From an uncultured bacterium (GTDB lineage: Bacteria > CAYJRR01), in contig CAYJRR010000041.1 of NCBI GenBank assembly GCA_964372275.1, forward strand, positions 1-34,317: 34,317 nt of DNA. Reading direction: 5' to 3'. Position 1 is the stretch's first letter. Every line of letters starts with the position of its first letter. Both the position numbers and the translations under genes were made by a program. The notes beneath the pieces were generated by a model. It ran no database searches. It worked only from the letters and a program-made list of their open reading frames with translations, and was not told where the DNA came from. Shown here piece by piece: positions 8,363-17,507 of the stretch.

Positions 8363-10599
8363 AAGCGATCGTCATCGCCGCGGGGCTCGGAAGCCGGCTC
8401 CTCCACCTCACCAAGGACCGGCCGAAGTGCACGCTGACGATTCAGGGGGTCTCGCTGCTCGACAATCAGCTCGCCATCTTCCGCGAACTGGGAATCCACG
8501 ACGTCACGATCGTCACCGGCTGGCACGCGGAGATGCTGCAACGTCCCGGGGTGAAGACGGTCTTCAACGACGACTTTCGGAACAACAACATCCTCTTCTC
8601 GCTGATGTACGCGGAGAAGGAGCTCGACGACGAGGTGATCGTCACCTACTCCGACATCCACTACGAAAAGGCGGTGGTCGAGGCGCTGCAGGCGGCGACC
8701 GGCGACTTCCTGGCGGTGGTGGATGCCGACTGGAAGAAGACCTACGTCGGGCGCGCCGACCATCCGGTGGAGCAGGCGGAGAAGGTGGTGATCGCCGGAT
8801 CCGAGATCCGGAAGATCGGAAAACACCTGACCGAGGCCGAGGCGCACGGCGAGTTCATCGGGTTGGTGCGGTTCTCCAAGAAGGGGGCGCTCGCCTTCCG
8901 CGAGGTGTTCGCCGACGTGAAGGCGAAGCATGCCGGAGGTTCGTTCCAGGCGGCGAAGGAGCTGAAGAAGGCCTACCTTACCGACATGCTCCAGGAGCTG
9001 ATCGACCGCGGGCACGCGGTGGCGCCGGTGACGATTCACGGCGGCTGGCGCGAGATCGACACCCTCGAAGATTTCCGGAAGGCGGGGGGCGACGTGCCGT
9101 CGGACATCCGCAGCGGACAGAACTTTCGCGCGATCCTCAACGACCTGAAGCGGCGTCCCGAGGACGCCGGACTGCTCNNNNNNNNNNCCTATTTTTCCGG
9201 TCGGGGGGGGGGCCCCGCGCCGCCGCCCCCCCGCCCCCCACACCCCCCCCCCGCCCCCCCCCCCCCCCTCCCGCGCCGCCCCCGGCGCGCCGCGGCCGAG
9301 CTCGGCGTTCCGCTCGCCGAGATCGAGGCGGTGATCGCCGGGAAGCGCCCCCTCCCCTCCGCGATCGTCGACAAGGCGGTCGCGGCCTGGCCGGTCAGCC
9401 CCCGCGACTTCTACCTCCTCGAGGACGACGCCCCGACCGGGGTGCGGATCTTCCGCGAAGCCGACTCGAAACGGAGCCGGCGCGTCATGCAGCGCGCCGG
9501 GAAGGACTACTACGAGTACCGCGACACCGCGATGAGCGCCGGCTCTCAGTTCCGCCCCGAATGGATCCAGGAGCTTTGCGTCGTCGACGACGACGACCCG
9601 GAGAACCCGGCCGTCCAGTGGAACAACGGTCACTTCCTCCACCAGTTCACCTACTTCGTCGGACCGGTGAACTTCTACTGGCGCGGACCCGATGGACGGA
9701 AGCGCGTCTCGGTGATGGAGACCGGCGGCTCGATGTACATCACCCCGTTCGTGCCGCACTCGTTCGCGTCGCGGCGAAACGAGCGCGGGGAGTTGGGGCT
9801 GATCCTGGCGCTCACCTACGGCAACCTGCTCGGCGGCGAGACGCGGCAGGAGATCGGCGCCCACGGGGTCGAGCTGGCGTCGCGCCTGGCGCTCGACTTT
9901 TCCGCCCCCGGCGCGGCGCGTGGCGCCCTGATCCGCTTTCACCGCGAGGGGTCGAGCCTCACCAAGGCCGAGCTCGCCCGGCGCGCCGACGTGGCGCCGG
10001 CGCGCATCGACGAATTGGAACGGGGAGCAGAGACCGCGTCCGAGGCCGAGATCCGGCGTCTGGCGGCCGCGCTGCGGGTGAACGTTCGCGACCTGCTGCC
10101 GCCGGAGCCGGAGGAGGCGGTGATCGTGCGCCATCGCAAGGACGCGCCGCGCTGGACCTACCCCGAAGCCGGCAGCAAGCCCGAAACGTCCCCCGCCTAC
10201 GAGATGGTGGAGCTGACGCCGGTGCGAAGCCTCCCCTTCTCCAAGGGGCTCGAGGTGAACGTCCTTTCCGGCGGAACCGCGGCCCCCGACCTGCAGGTCG
10301 GACTGCAGCAGTACGTCTACAACGTCGGCTCCACGCCGGTGGCCCTCTCCTGGCGGAACGGCGGCGAGTCGTACGAAACGACGCTTGGCCCGGACGACTC
10401 CGCGTATCTGAAGGCGTGCGTCCCGCACGCCTACCGCGGCGAAGGGGGACGCCTGCTGGTGCTGCGCATCGGCTCGCGGCTGGGAAGCGACGGACTGATG
10501 GAGCTGTCGCGGATCGCGGCAGCGGGTGCGGGCAATTTGGAGCGCATCGTGGGTGATGCAGGACAGTGGTTCGACAAAGCTGGGCGGCGGAATGTGTAG
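8359..10599 (+). CDS. mpnS: Fusion of nucleotidyltransferase (about 8359-9090) and methylphosphonate synthase-type Fe(II) dioxygenase (about 9094-10599), interrupted by an assembly gap
   Basis: N-terminus IAAGLGSRL...DRPK, YLTD, WREIDT; C-terminus [60 protein letters not shown], closely resembling Nitrosopumilus MPnS as I recall it. ATGA overlap with pepM. Confidence 0.88.
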   Translation: MKAIVIAAGLGSRLLHLTKDRPKCTLTIQGVSLLDNQLAIFRELGIHDVTIVTGWHAEMLQRPGVKTVFNDDFRNNNILFSLMYAEKELDDEVIVTYSDIHYEKAVVEALQAATGDFLAVVDADWKKTYVGRADHPVEQAEKVVIAGSEIRKIGKHLTEAEAHGEFIGLVRFSKKGALAFREVFADVKAKHAGGSFQAAKELKKAYLTDMLQELIDRGHAVAPVTIHGGWREIDTLEDFRKAGGDVPSDIRSGQNFRAILNDLKRRPEDAGLLXXXXYFSGRGGGPAPPPPRPPHPPPAPPPPLPRRPRRAAAELGVPLAEIEAVIAGKRPLPSAIVDKAVAAWPVSPRDFYLLEDDAPTGVRIFREADSKRSRRVMQRAGKDYYEYRDTAMSAGSQFRPEWIQELCVVDDDDPENPAVQWNNGHFLHQFTYFVGPVNFYWRGPDGRKRVSVMETGGSMYITPFVPHSFASRRNERGELGLILALTYGNLLGGETRQEIGAHGVELASRLALDFSAPGAARGALIRFHREGSSLTKAELARRADVAPARIDELERGAETASEAEIRRLAAALRVNVRDLLPPEPEEAVIVRHRKDAPRWTYPEAGSKPETSPAYEMVELTPVRSLPFSKGLEVNVLSGGTAAPDLQVGLQQYVYNVGSTPVALSWRNGGESYETTLGPDDSAYLKACVPHAYRGEGGRLLVLRIGSRLGSDGLMELSRIAAAGAGNLERIVGDAGQWFDKAGRRNV
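9169..9291. other. Scaffold gap (10 N at 9178-9187) with flanking low-complexity C-rich sequence, probably artefactual
   Basis: Ns and C/G homopolymer runs; removing these 123 bp restores KRRPEDAAAELGV. Confidence 0.8.
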
Positions 10600-10605
10600 G
10601 TTCGC

Positions 10606-11751
10606 ATGATCCAAGCGCCCGACTTTTTGGAACCCGCTTTGGCGCGGGGCTTCACCTTCTGGTCGGGTGTCCCCTGCTCGTTCCTCACCCCCTTCATCAA
10701 CTACGTCCTCTCCCGCGACGACCTCGACTACGTCGGGGCGGCGAGTGAAGGGGAGGCGCTGGGGATCGCCGCGGGGGCGCACCTCGCGGGGCGGAAGACG
10801 GTCGTCATCTGCCAGAACTCGGGGCTCGGCAACGCGGTCAATCCGCTGACCTCGCTCAACCACATCTTCCGGATTCCGACCCTCTTCATCACCACCCATC
10901 GCGGCGCGCCGGGTCTCAAGGACGAGCCGCAGCACGCGCTGATGGGGCAGATCACCGGGGAGCTGCTCACCACGATGCAGATCCCGTGGGAGGTCTTTCC
11001 CGACGACGCCGCGGCCGTCGTCCCTGCGCTCGAGCGCGCGGAGCGGTCGATGGCCGAAACCGGGCGTCCGTTCGCCTTCGTCATGAAGAAGGGGACGGTC
11101 GCCGACTATCCCCTCCGCACGAGGGAACGCCGCGCCGTTCCGCCGATGGCCCAACCGTCGGGGACGTTCACCGCCGCGGTCCGGATGACGCGACTCGACG
11201 CCATCCGCGTGGTGCGCGACGCGGCCGGGCCGGACGTGGCGCTGATCGGCACGACCGGGAAGATCGGCCGCGAGCTCTATGCACTGGGCCATAGCCCGAA
11301 CCAGCTCTACGTCGTCGGCTCGATGGGCTGCGCCTCCGGGATCGGACTGGGCCTCCACCTCGGATCGCGCGGAAAGCGGCGGGTGGTCGTCCTCGACGGC
11401 GACGGCGCGGCGCTGATGAAGATGGGCACGATGGCGACGATCGGACACGCCGCCCCCGCCAAGCTCGTCCACGTGATCGTCGACAACGAGGCCCACGAAT
11501 CGACCGGCGGACAGGCGACCGTCTCCTCGTCGATCGACTTCGCGACGGTCGGCAGCGGCTGCGGCTATCGCCATCTGTGGCGAGTCGACTCGGCAGAAGC
11601 GCTCGCCGCGGCGGTCTCGGCGGCGCTCGAGCGCACCGGCCCCATCCTGGTGCACGTGAAGGTGGGGATCGGCTCCGCCCCCGACCTCGGCCGCCCGGCC
11701 CACACCCCGGTCGAGGTGAAGGAGCAGTTCATGAGCTGGTTCGCCCGGTGA
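10606..11751 (+). CDS. aepY: Phosphonopyruvate decarboxylase (ThDP-dependent)
   Basis: GVPCS, QNSGLGNAVNPLTSL, DEPQH, VGSMGCAS, DGDGAALM, HESTGGQ; pepM operon context. Confidence 0.95.
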   Translation: MIQAPDFLEPALARGFTFWSGVPCSFLTPFINYVLSRDDLDYVGAASEGEALGIAAGAHLAGRKTVVICQNSGLGNAVNPLTSLNHIFRIPTLFITTHRGAPGLKDEPQHALMGQITGELLTTMQIPWEVFPDDAAAVVPALERAERSMAETGRPFAFVMKKGTVADYPLRTRERRAVPPMAQPSGTFTAAVRMTRLDAIRVVRDAAGPDVALIGTTGKIGRELYALGHSPNQLYVVGSMGCASGIGLGLHLGSRGKRRVVVLDGDGAALMKMGTMATIGHAAPAKLVHVIVDNEAHESTGGQATVSSSIDFATVGSGCGYRHLWRVDSAEALAAAVSAALERTGPILVHVKVGIGSAPDLGRPAHTPVEVKEQFMSWFAR

Positions 11752-11758
11752 CGCGATC

Positions 11759-12886
11759 TTGAGGAGCTTCCACAATCCCGTGTCGGTGCGCTTCGGCGCC
11801 GGCGCCCTCGGCGAGCTTCGCGACCTCGCGCGCGGGCGGCGCGCCGTCGTGCTCGCTTCCGAGGGGATCGTCCGTCGCGGGACGCTGGCCGCGGTCGAGT
11901 CGGCGCTCGACGTCACCGGCCGCTTCACCTCGATCGCCCCGAACCCGACCCTCCTCGCCTGTTCCCAGGTCGCGGAGCGCCTCGCGGCCTGCGCGGTCGA
12001 GGTGGTGGTGGCGATCGGCGGCGGGAGCGTCCTCGACACCGCCAAGGCGTTCGCCGCCCAGCGGTCGGCCCCGGACGGTTGGCTGTCGGCGCACCTGCGC
12101 GAGGGCGCACCCTTCCCCGCCGACTTTCGCCCGCCTCCGATCCTCGCCGTCCCGACGACGGCCGGCACCGGAAGCGAGGTGACGATGTGGGGGACGGTCT
12201 GGGACGAGAAGACCGGACGCAAGTATTCGATCTCCCACCCGCGCCTCTATCCGGAGGCAGCCCTCGTCGATCCGACCCTGACGCACACCCTTCCGCCGGC
12301 GACGACGGTGGCGACGGCGCTCGACGCCCTGTCGCACGCGATGGAGGCGATCTGGAACAAGGGCTCGAATCCGGTCTCGGACGGCCTCGCCCTGCGCGCG
12401 ATCGAGGTCGTCCCCGACGCGTTGCCGCGGGTCCTGGCGCAGCCGGCGGACGCCGCGGCGCGAGAGGCGCTGGCCGGCGCCGCGCTCCTCGCGGGCCTCG
12501 CCTCGAGCAACACCCGCACGGCGCTCGCCCACTCGATCTCCTACCCGCTCACCTCCGAGCTCGGCGTGCCGCACGGTCTGGCGTGCAGCCTCACCCTGCC
12601 GGCGATCCTGGAGCGTGTCGACGACGAGAAGCCGGCGCGCGCCGCGCTCATCGCCCGGGCGATCGGCCAGCCGACCCCGCGCGCCGCCGCCGAGGCGCTC
12701 CGCTCCACGTTCCGGGCGGCCGGTGTCGGCGAGGAGCTTCGACGCCGGATCGCCGGCGTCGACGCGCTCGCCGGGCTGCGTGGCTCCCTCATCGCCCCGG
12801 GCCGCGCCGAGAACTGCCTGATTGCCGCCGACGCGCCGGCGGCCGCGGAGATCCTGCGCCGGTCGTACGAAGCCCTCTGCGCCTAG
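11759..12886 (+). CDS. Iron-containing alcohol dehydrogenase, probable phosphonoacetaldehyde reductase
   Basis: GGGSVLDTAK, PTTAGTGSEVT, DALSHAMEAIW, TALAHSISYPLT, HGLAC; follows aepY; TTG start. Confidence 0.88.
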   Translation: MRSFHNPVSVRFGAGALGELRDLARGRRAVVLASEGIVRRGTLAAVESALDVTGRFTSIAPNPTLLACSQVAERLAACAVEVVVAIGGGSVLDTAKAFAAQRSAPDGWLSAHLREGAPFPADFRPPPILAVPTTAGTGSEVTMWGTVWDEKTGRKYSISHPRLYPEAALVDPTLTHTLPPATTVATALDALSHAMEAIWNKGSNPVSDGLALRAIEVVPDALPRVLAQPADAAAREALAGAALLAGLASSNTRTALAHSISYPLTSELGVPHGLACSLTLPAILERVDDEKPARAALIARAIGQPTPRAAAEALRSTFRAAGVGEELRRRIAGVDALAGLRGSLIAPGRAENCLIAADAPAAAEILRRSYEALCA

Positions 12887-12895
12887 ACTGCCCGA

Positions 12896-13669
12896 TCAGT
12901 GCGGCCGTTCGACCGCGAGGAAGCGTTCGAGCATCGCGTTGACCTGGTCGGGGACCAGTGTCATCAGAAAGTGACCACCCCCGACGGTCTGCCCGATCAT
13001 CGCCTGCGGGCACAGCTCCTTGAGCCGTCGATAGTCCGACGGGAACGGCCCGCCGATCGCGAGGAGCGGCACCCTGCATCCCCGGGCTGCGGCCTCGACG
13101 TCATGAGAAAGGAACGCCTCCCACGAGGAGGAGACGACCGATTGCGGAGTCTCGAGCATTCCCGAAACGATCCGCCCCTTCTCGCTCGGGTCATCCGTCG
13201 GCAGGAAGGCGACCTGGTCGGCGAAACCGCGCAGCACGTCCTTCCACCCAGCCGTCTTGAACGCCGGGGCCACCTCCACGAACCCCCTGGCGAGCGGCTC
13301 GGCCAGCCATAGCGCCGCGTCGACGAGGACGATCGCCGAGACCAGGTCTGCGTAGCGGGTACCGACCTCGAGGCCAAGCCCGCCCTGGCTGTGGACGACG
13401 ACGGCTGGTTTGTGCAGCCCGAGTTCTCGGATCGTCCAGGCAATGTCGTCGGCGAATCCCTCGATGGTGTAGCGCTGGTCCGGCTTGTCGCTCTTTCCGT
13501 GACCGCGCCGATCGATCGCCACAACCCGGTGCCGGGCGCGGAAGTACTCCATCTGCGGCCGGAAGTGGGTCCGGTCTCCGCAGAAGCCGTGGACAAAGAG
13601 AAGCGGCGGCGCGCCTGCGCCCGCCTCTTCGTAGTGAAGCTTCACGCCGTTGCGGTCGAGAGTCGGCAT
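12896..13669 (-). CDS. Alpha/beta-fold hydrolase
   Basis: FVHGF, DRRGHGKS, nucleophile elbow VHSQG, C-terminal GGHF; AAGGAG RBS. Confidence 0.9.
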   Translation of the reverse strand: MPTLDRNGVKLHYEEAGAGAPPLLFVHGFCGDRTHFRPQMEYFRARHRVVAIDRRGHGKSDKPDQRYTIEGFADDIAWTIRELGLHKPAVVVHSQGGLGLEVGTRYADLVSAIVLVDAALWLAEPLARGFVEVAPAFKTAGWKDVLRGFADQVAFLPTDDPSEKGRIVSGMLETPQSVVSSSWEAFLSHDVEAAARGCRVPLLAIGGPFPSDYRRLKELCPQAMIGQTVGGGHFLMTLVPDQVNAMLERFLAVERPH

Positions 13670-13782
13670 GTCCTGTCTCCTTCGCAGCCCTCCATGGGCC
13701 GATCGCCAGCGAGGCTACGGCGACGGGAGCACGCGCGAAATTGCCCGGTTCATGCATTTTCGGCCGCCGGCGATGGAGCGAA

Positions 13783-16734
13783 CTATGTAGGAGGCCGCGC
13801 GAGACCGTGGCGTATCGCCCATCCGGTCGCCTCGGCGCGCCCGTGCGCGCCGATCTTCGCGTAGATGTTGGCGATGTGACGCTGAACGGTAGTGAGGCTC
13901 AGGTACAGCCGAGATGCGATCTCCTTGTTCGTTCGCCCCGCCGCCAGAAGGCCCAGGACTTCGGCCTCGCGTCCCGTGAGTCCGCCGGGATGCACACGGT
14001 CACCGCGCGCGGCACGGACGCGCTCCACCCATGTCTGCATCCCGAGACGCGCGAAGCCGGCCTCGGCATCGGCGAGCAGGTCCGAGGCGCGGACCCGCTC
14101 ACGCGGAGGTCGGCCGAGCCGCCATCGCGCCTCGTCGAAATCGGCGAGCGCGCGGACCGGCCGCTGCCCTCGCGCTTCGGCCGCTTCCCGAGCCCGCATG
14201 AATCCGTCGTGGGCTCGGCGCGCATCGCCGGCAAGCGCCGCCATTCGGGCGATCGAGAGCTCGCGGCAGGAGAAGGGCGCGCCCCCCACTCCCTCTCGGC
14301 CCGATTCGATCGCGATCCGGAGGTAGCGCCGCGCCAGTTCCGGATCTGCCAACTCCCAGACAGCGGCCGCGGCGCAGTCTCGACTCACACCGAAGTCAGC
14401 GGTGAGCGGCGGGAGAGACTCGTGAGCGCGAACCATCGCGCTCAATAGCCGCGTCGATTCGGCCCCCTCACCCGCCATCGCGAGTCCGAGGATGACCAGC
14501 CCCGAAAGGACGAGTCCGAACGCCGTCCGTGACGTCTCCGGATCGGTAACGATCCGATGGGGCTCGCCGACCACGGTCGGCCATTCGGCGCCGCCGAGAT
14601 AACCGAGCACGGTTCGCAGTGCGGTCGGCGCGACCACGCGATAGCGGTGCCCGGATCCGAGCCGCTCGGCCACTTCACCCAGCCGTATCGCCGTACGGCG
14701 CGCCGACTCGAGTTCCCCCAGGGCGGCCTGGCTGCATCCGATCACGACGAGCGCGCCGGCTTCTCCCGGGATCGAGCCGTATCGTTCGCAAAGGGCGAGC
14801 ATCTCCTCCATGACCGAGATCGCCGCGTGATAGTCCTGGTGCCGGAAGAAGCAATCGCGCCCCAAGGCGTTGAGCGCGGCGATCCTCGCGGCCGGCGACC
14901 TCCAGCTACGCACACGGCCCAGCGCCTCGTCGGTTTCGGCGCGCGTCCGATGCCACCCGGTGTCGAGCGTCGACGCGAAGTCGTCCTCGCTTGCCTGCGC
15001 GCACAGCACGGCGATCGCCTCCGGATCGACCGGCACGCAGACCCCGACGTGGATCGGCCCTGAAAGGACCGGCTCGATGCGGTCACGGAGCAGCATCAGT
15101 CTCGCCCAAGGCGCGCTCCGCTCGCTGCCGAGCATGGCGAGCCCGCGGTCGACGAGCGGTTCCCACCACCCCCTCGGCGCGCCGCCGGCCTTGAGCGCGC
15201 GCGCGACGGCCGCGAGAAAATCGGCGACCACGGCCGCGGGAGCGCCTGCCTCCTCCAGCGCCCGCCACGCATCCTCGGTCGTCCTCGCCGCGCGCTCGAG
15301 TAGGAGCGCCTCCGCCTCCGCAAGGGCCTGCCCGCGCAACACCTGCGATCGCCGCTCCGCGGTCAGGTACCGGCCGAGGTCGCGGGCCACCGCGAACAGG
15401 GTCGCCGCCCGCTCGTGGGCCGCCCCCGCACGCGCGCGCTCCGCGGCCAGGAGGGCATGGTCGACGCCGCGCTCGGCCCCAGGAAGATCGACCGATGCGT
15501 GGAAGTGGAAAGCGATGTCGCCCGGATCGCCGCCGATTCGCTCGAGGGACTCCGCGATCCGCCGGTGTGCGCGCGCCCGCCGCCATGGATCGAGGCGGTC
15601 GTATATCGTCCGACGCACCAACGCGTGCGAGAAGTGATAGCGCCCGCGGACACCCCGCCGAATCAAGCCGGCCGCCGCCGCCTCGTCGGCGCAGGCGAGA
15701 AGAGACTCGTCTGTGAAGCCGGTCGACCCCTGGAGCACGTTGAAATCGATCTCGCCGACGAGTGCGGCCGCGTCGTGGAGCATCGCAACCGTATCGGCGG
15801 AGAGTCGAGAGAGGCGACGCGCGACGACGGCGCGAACACCCACGGGCAGTCCCAGCTCCCCGAAGCTGCTTTCCGAGGACCAGCGGCCCTCGCGCGCCAC
15901 GATCTTGCGTTCCTCGACGAGGTGGCGGAAGAGCTCGCGGAGGTAGAAGGGGTTCCCATCGGTTTCGGCGAGGAGCGTGCGTGCCAGCGCCTGCGGTACA
16001 TCCCCCCCGCTCTCCAGGGCGAGGTAATCGCGCACTTCCTCTTCGTCGAGGCCGCGGAGCGATAGGATCTGCGCTCCCGCGTCTCGCGCGAGCGTGCCCT
16101 CCAGTTCGGAGATCGCCGCACGGTCGAGACCGATCTCCGGGTCTCGCCACGTACAGAGCACGAACCACCGCCGCCGGGGAACGAACCGGGCGACGTGCCT
16201 CAACAGGCCCAGCGTGTCGCGGTCGGCCCAGTGGAGGTCCTCCAACACGACCAGGACAGGACGATCCGCCGCCACAGCGGACAGCCAACGGGTCACGGCG
16301 TCGTGGAGACGTGCACGCTCCTCGGGCGCTGCGAGCGGGGCGACGGGTGGCAGGTTGGGAAGAGCGCCGCGAAGGTCGGACGATAGCGCGGCCAATGCCG
16401 GCGCGCCGGCGCCCATCTCGCGCACAAGCCGGTCGGGCGGAACGGCACGCAGGTATCGCTCCAGCGACTGCAGCCAAGGTCCGAAGGGCCGGGTGCCGTC
16501 CGATTCGAAACACGCACCGCGAAGGACGCGCGTGCCACGGGACGCCGCCCGCGCAGCGATCTCTTCGGCCAGACGTGTCTTGCCGATCCCCGCCTCGCCC
16601 ACCAGACAGGCTGCCGCCCCACGCCCGTCCTCGGCCAGGCCGAGGAGCGTGAGCAGCCGTTCCAACTCCCGGTTCCTTCCGACGAACCGATCGCCCATCG
16701 CGCGCCGTGAGTCTACCTCCGCCAGTTGGGGCAT
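13783..16734 (-). CDS. Large ATP-binding LuxR-family regulator (ATPase, helical repeats, LuxR HTH)
   Basis: FVGRNREL, GEAGIGKT, LEDLHWAD, GNPFY, C-terminal LTGREAEVL...TNKEIA...TVQRHIANIYAK. Start uncertain (16800, 16734 or 16698). Confidence 0.9.
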   Translation of the reverse strand: MPQLAEVDSRRAMGDRFVGRNRELERLLTLLGLAEDGRGAAACLVGEAGIGKTRLAEEIAARAASRGTRVLRGACFESDGTRPFGPWLQSLERYLRAVPPDRLVREMGAGAPALAALSSDLRGALPNLPPVAPLAAPEERARLHDAVTRWLSAVAADRPVLVVLEDLHWADRDTLGLLRHVARFVPRRRWFVLCTWRDPEIGLDRAAISELEGTLARDAGAQILSLRGLDEEEVRDYLALESGGDVPQALARTLLAETDGNPFYLRELFRHLVEERKIVAREGRWSSESSFGELGLPVGVRAVVARRLSRLSADTVAMLHDAAALVGEIDFNVLQGSTGFTDESLLACADEAAAAGLIRRGVRGRYHFSHALVRRTIYDRLDPWRRARAHRRIAESLERIGGDPGDIAFHFHASVDLPGAERGVDHALLAAERARAGAAHERAATLFAVARDLGRYLTAERRSQVLRGQALAEAEALLLERAARTTEDAWRALEEAGAPAAVVADFLAAVARALKAGGAPRGWWEPLVDRGLAMLGSERSAPWARLMLLRDRIEPVLSGPIHVGVCVPVDPEAIAVLCAQASEDDFASTLDTGWHRTRAETDEALGRVRSWRSPAARIAALNALGRDCFFRHQDYHAAISVMEEMLALCERYGSIPGEAGALVVIGCSQAALGELESARRTAIRLGEVAERLGSGHRYRVVAPTALRTVLGYLGGAEWPTVVGEPHRIVTDPETSRTAFGLVLSGLVILGLAMAGEGAESTRLLSAMVRAHESLPPLTADFGVSRDCAAAAVWELADPELARRYLRIAIESGREGVGGAPFSCRELSIARMAALAGDARRAHDGFMRAREAAEARGQRPVRALADFDEARWRLGRPPRERVRASDLLADAEAGFARLGMQTWVERVRAARGDRVHPGGLTGREAEVLGLLAAGRTNKEIASRLYLSLTTVQRHIANIYAKIGAHGRAEATGWAIRHGLARPPT

Positions 16735-16826
16735 CGACGTCTCACGGACGGACACGTCGAACCCGGCCGGTGCCGACCGCAGACCCGATCGACCCGTCAA
16801 CGGACGCGCCGGCGCCCGGTTTTTCG

Positions 16827-16842
16827 TGGCATGGCCGTTGCT
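16827..16842 (+). promoter_or_regulatory. Putative sigma54 (-24/-12) promoter
   Basis: TGGCATG-GCCG-TTGCT matches TGGCACG-N4-TTGCW with exact spacing, 35 bp upstream of ATG 16878. Confidence 0.65.
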
Positions 16843-16877
16843 GGATGCGCCGACCGGAAGAAAGGCGGAGGCCGTAG

Positions 16878-17504
16878 ATGAACCGCACGATCGCCGTCGC
16901 GCTCGCCGTGCTCGTGGCCTCCTCCGGGGTCGCGCAGGCCGAGCCGTCGTCCTGCGACGGCGGCCCGCCGAACGAGCTCTCGACGCTTCGCGTCGTCACC
17001 GAGGCTCTCGACGAGACGCGCGGGCTGGAACCCACCTGGGAACGGGCAGCGGCGGCGATCGACAAGGTGGTCTTCGTCGCGGGGCTCGCCGTCGGCGCGG
17101 CGTCGATCGCCGGGACCGGCGGGATCGCCGTGCCGATCGCCGCGTCGGCGTTGATCGCCTGGCGCGCCTACCGCTCGATCGCCCGCCTCCACGATCGGAT
17201 CGCCCGCGGCCGGACGCTGCACCCGCTGCGGAGCGCGCCGGCCCGCGCCGACTGGATCGGCCTCCTGTCGAACGTCGTGGGGATCGCCGCCATCGCGGCC
17301 GGCGGGCCCGGCGCGGCGGTCGCCGCCTCGCTCTCCGCGGGACGACTCAGCGTGGCGACGTTGGCGGAGACCGTGCTCCGCGCCTCGGGACTCCAGCAGG
17401 CGGCCCGGGCCACCAGCGCGTTGTCGGCGGTGAACTTCGTCCGCGATCGGTGGTTCCACGGCCGGCGCGGACGGAAGCCGGCGGTCGGCGCGCCGGCACG
17501 TTGA
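16878..17504 (+). CDS. Hypothetical exported or membrane protein
   Basis: GGAGG RBS; signal peptide ending in AQA; two Gly/Ala-rich hydrophobic segments. Confidence 0.7.
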   Translation: MNRTIAVALAVLVASSGVAQAEPSSCDGGPPNELSTLRVVTEALDETRGLEPTWERAAAAIDKVVFVAGLAVGAASIAGTGGIAVPIAASALIAWRAYRSIARLHDRIARGRTLHPLRSAPARADWIGLLSNVVGIAAIAAGGPGAAVAASLSAGRLSVATLAETVLRASGLQQAARATSALSAVNFVRDRWFHGRRGRKPAVGAPAR

Positions 17505-17507
17505 TCG

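Noticed and set aside
9188-9291. Poly-proline linker, G-quadruplex or phase-variable tract in mpnS
   Set aside because: It abuts an N gap, looks like degraded base calls and breaks a conserved motif; in-frame status depends on an arbitrary 10-N length.
8290-12222. 1310-aa minus-strand ORF and other long antisense or alternate-frame ORFs
   Set aside because: Shadow ORFs of high-GC coding DNA, with no motifs and overlapping well-supported genes.
5511-12886. Fosfomycin, phosphinothricin or AEP biosynthetic cluster
   Set aside because: No radical-SAM methyltransferase, HppE-size epoxidase, NRPS, resistance gene or AEP transaminase; the transferase content points to glycan or lipid decoration.
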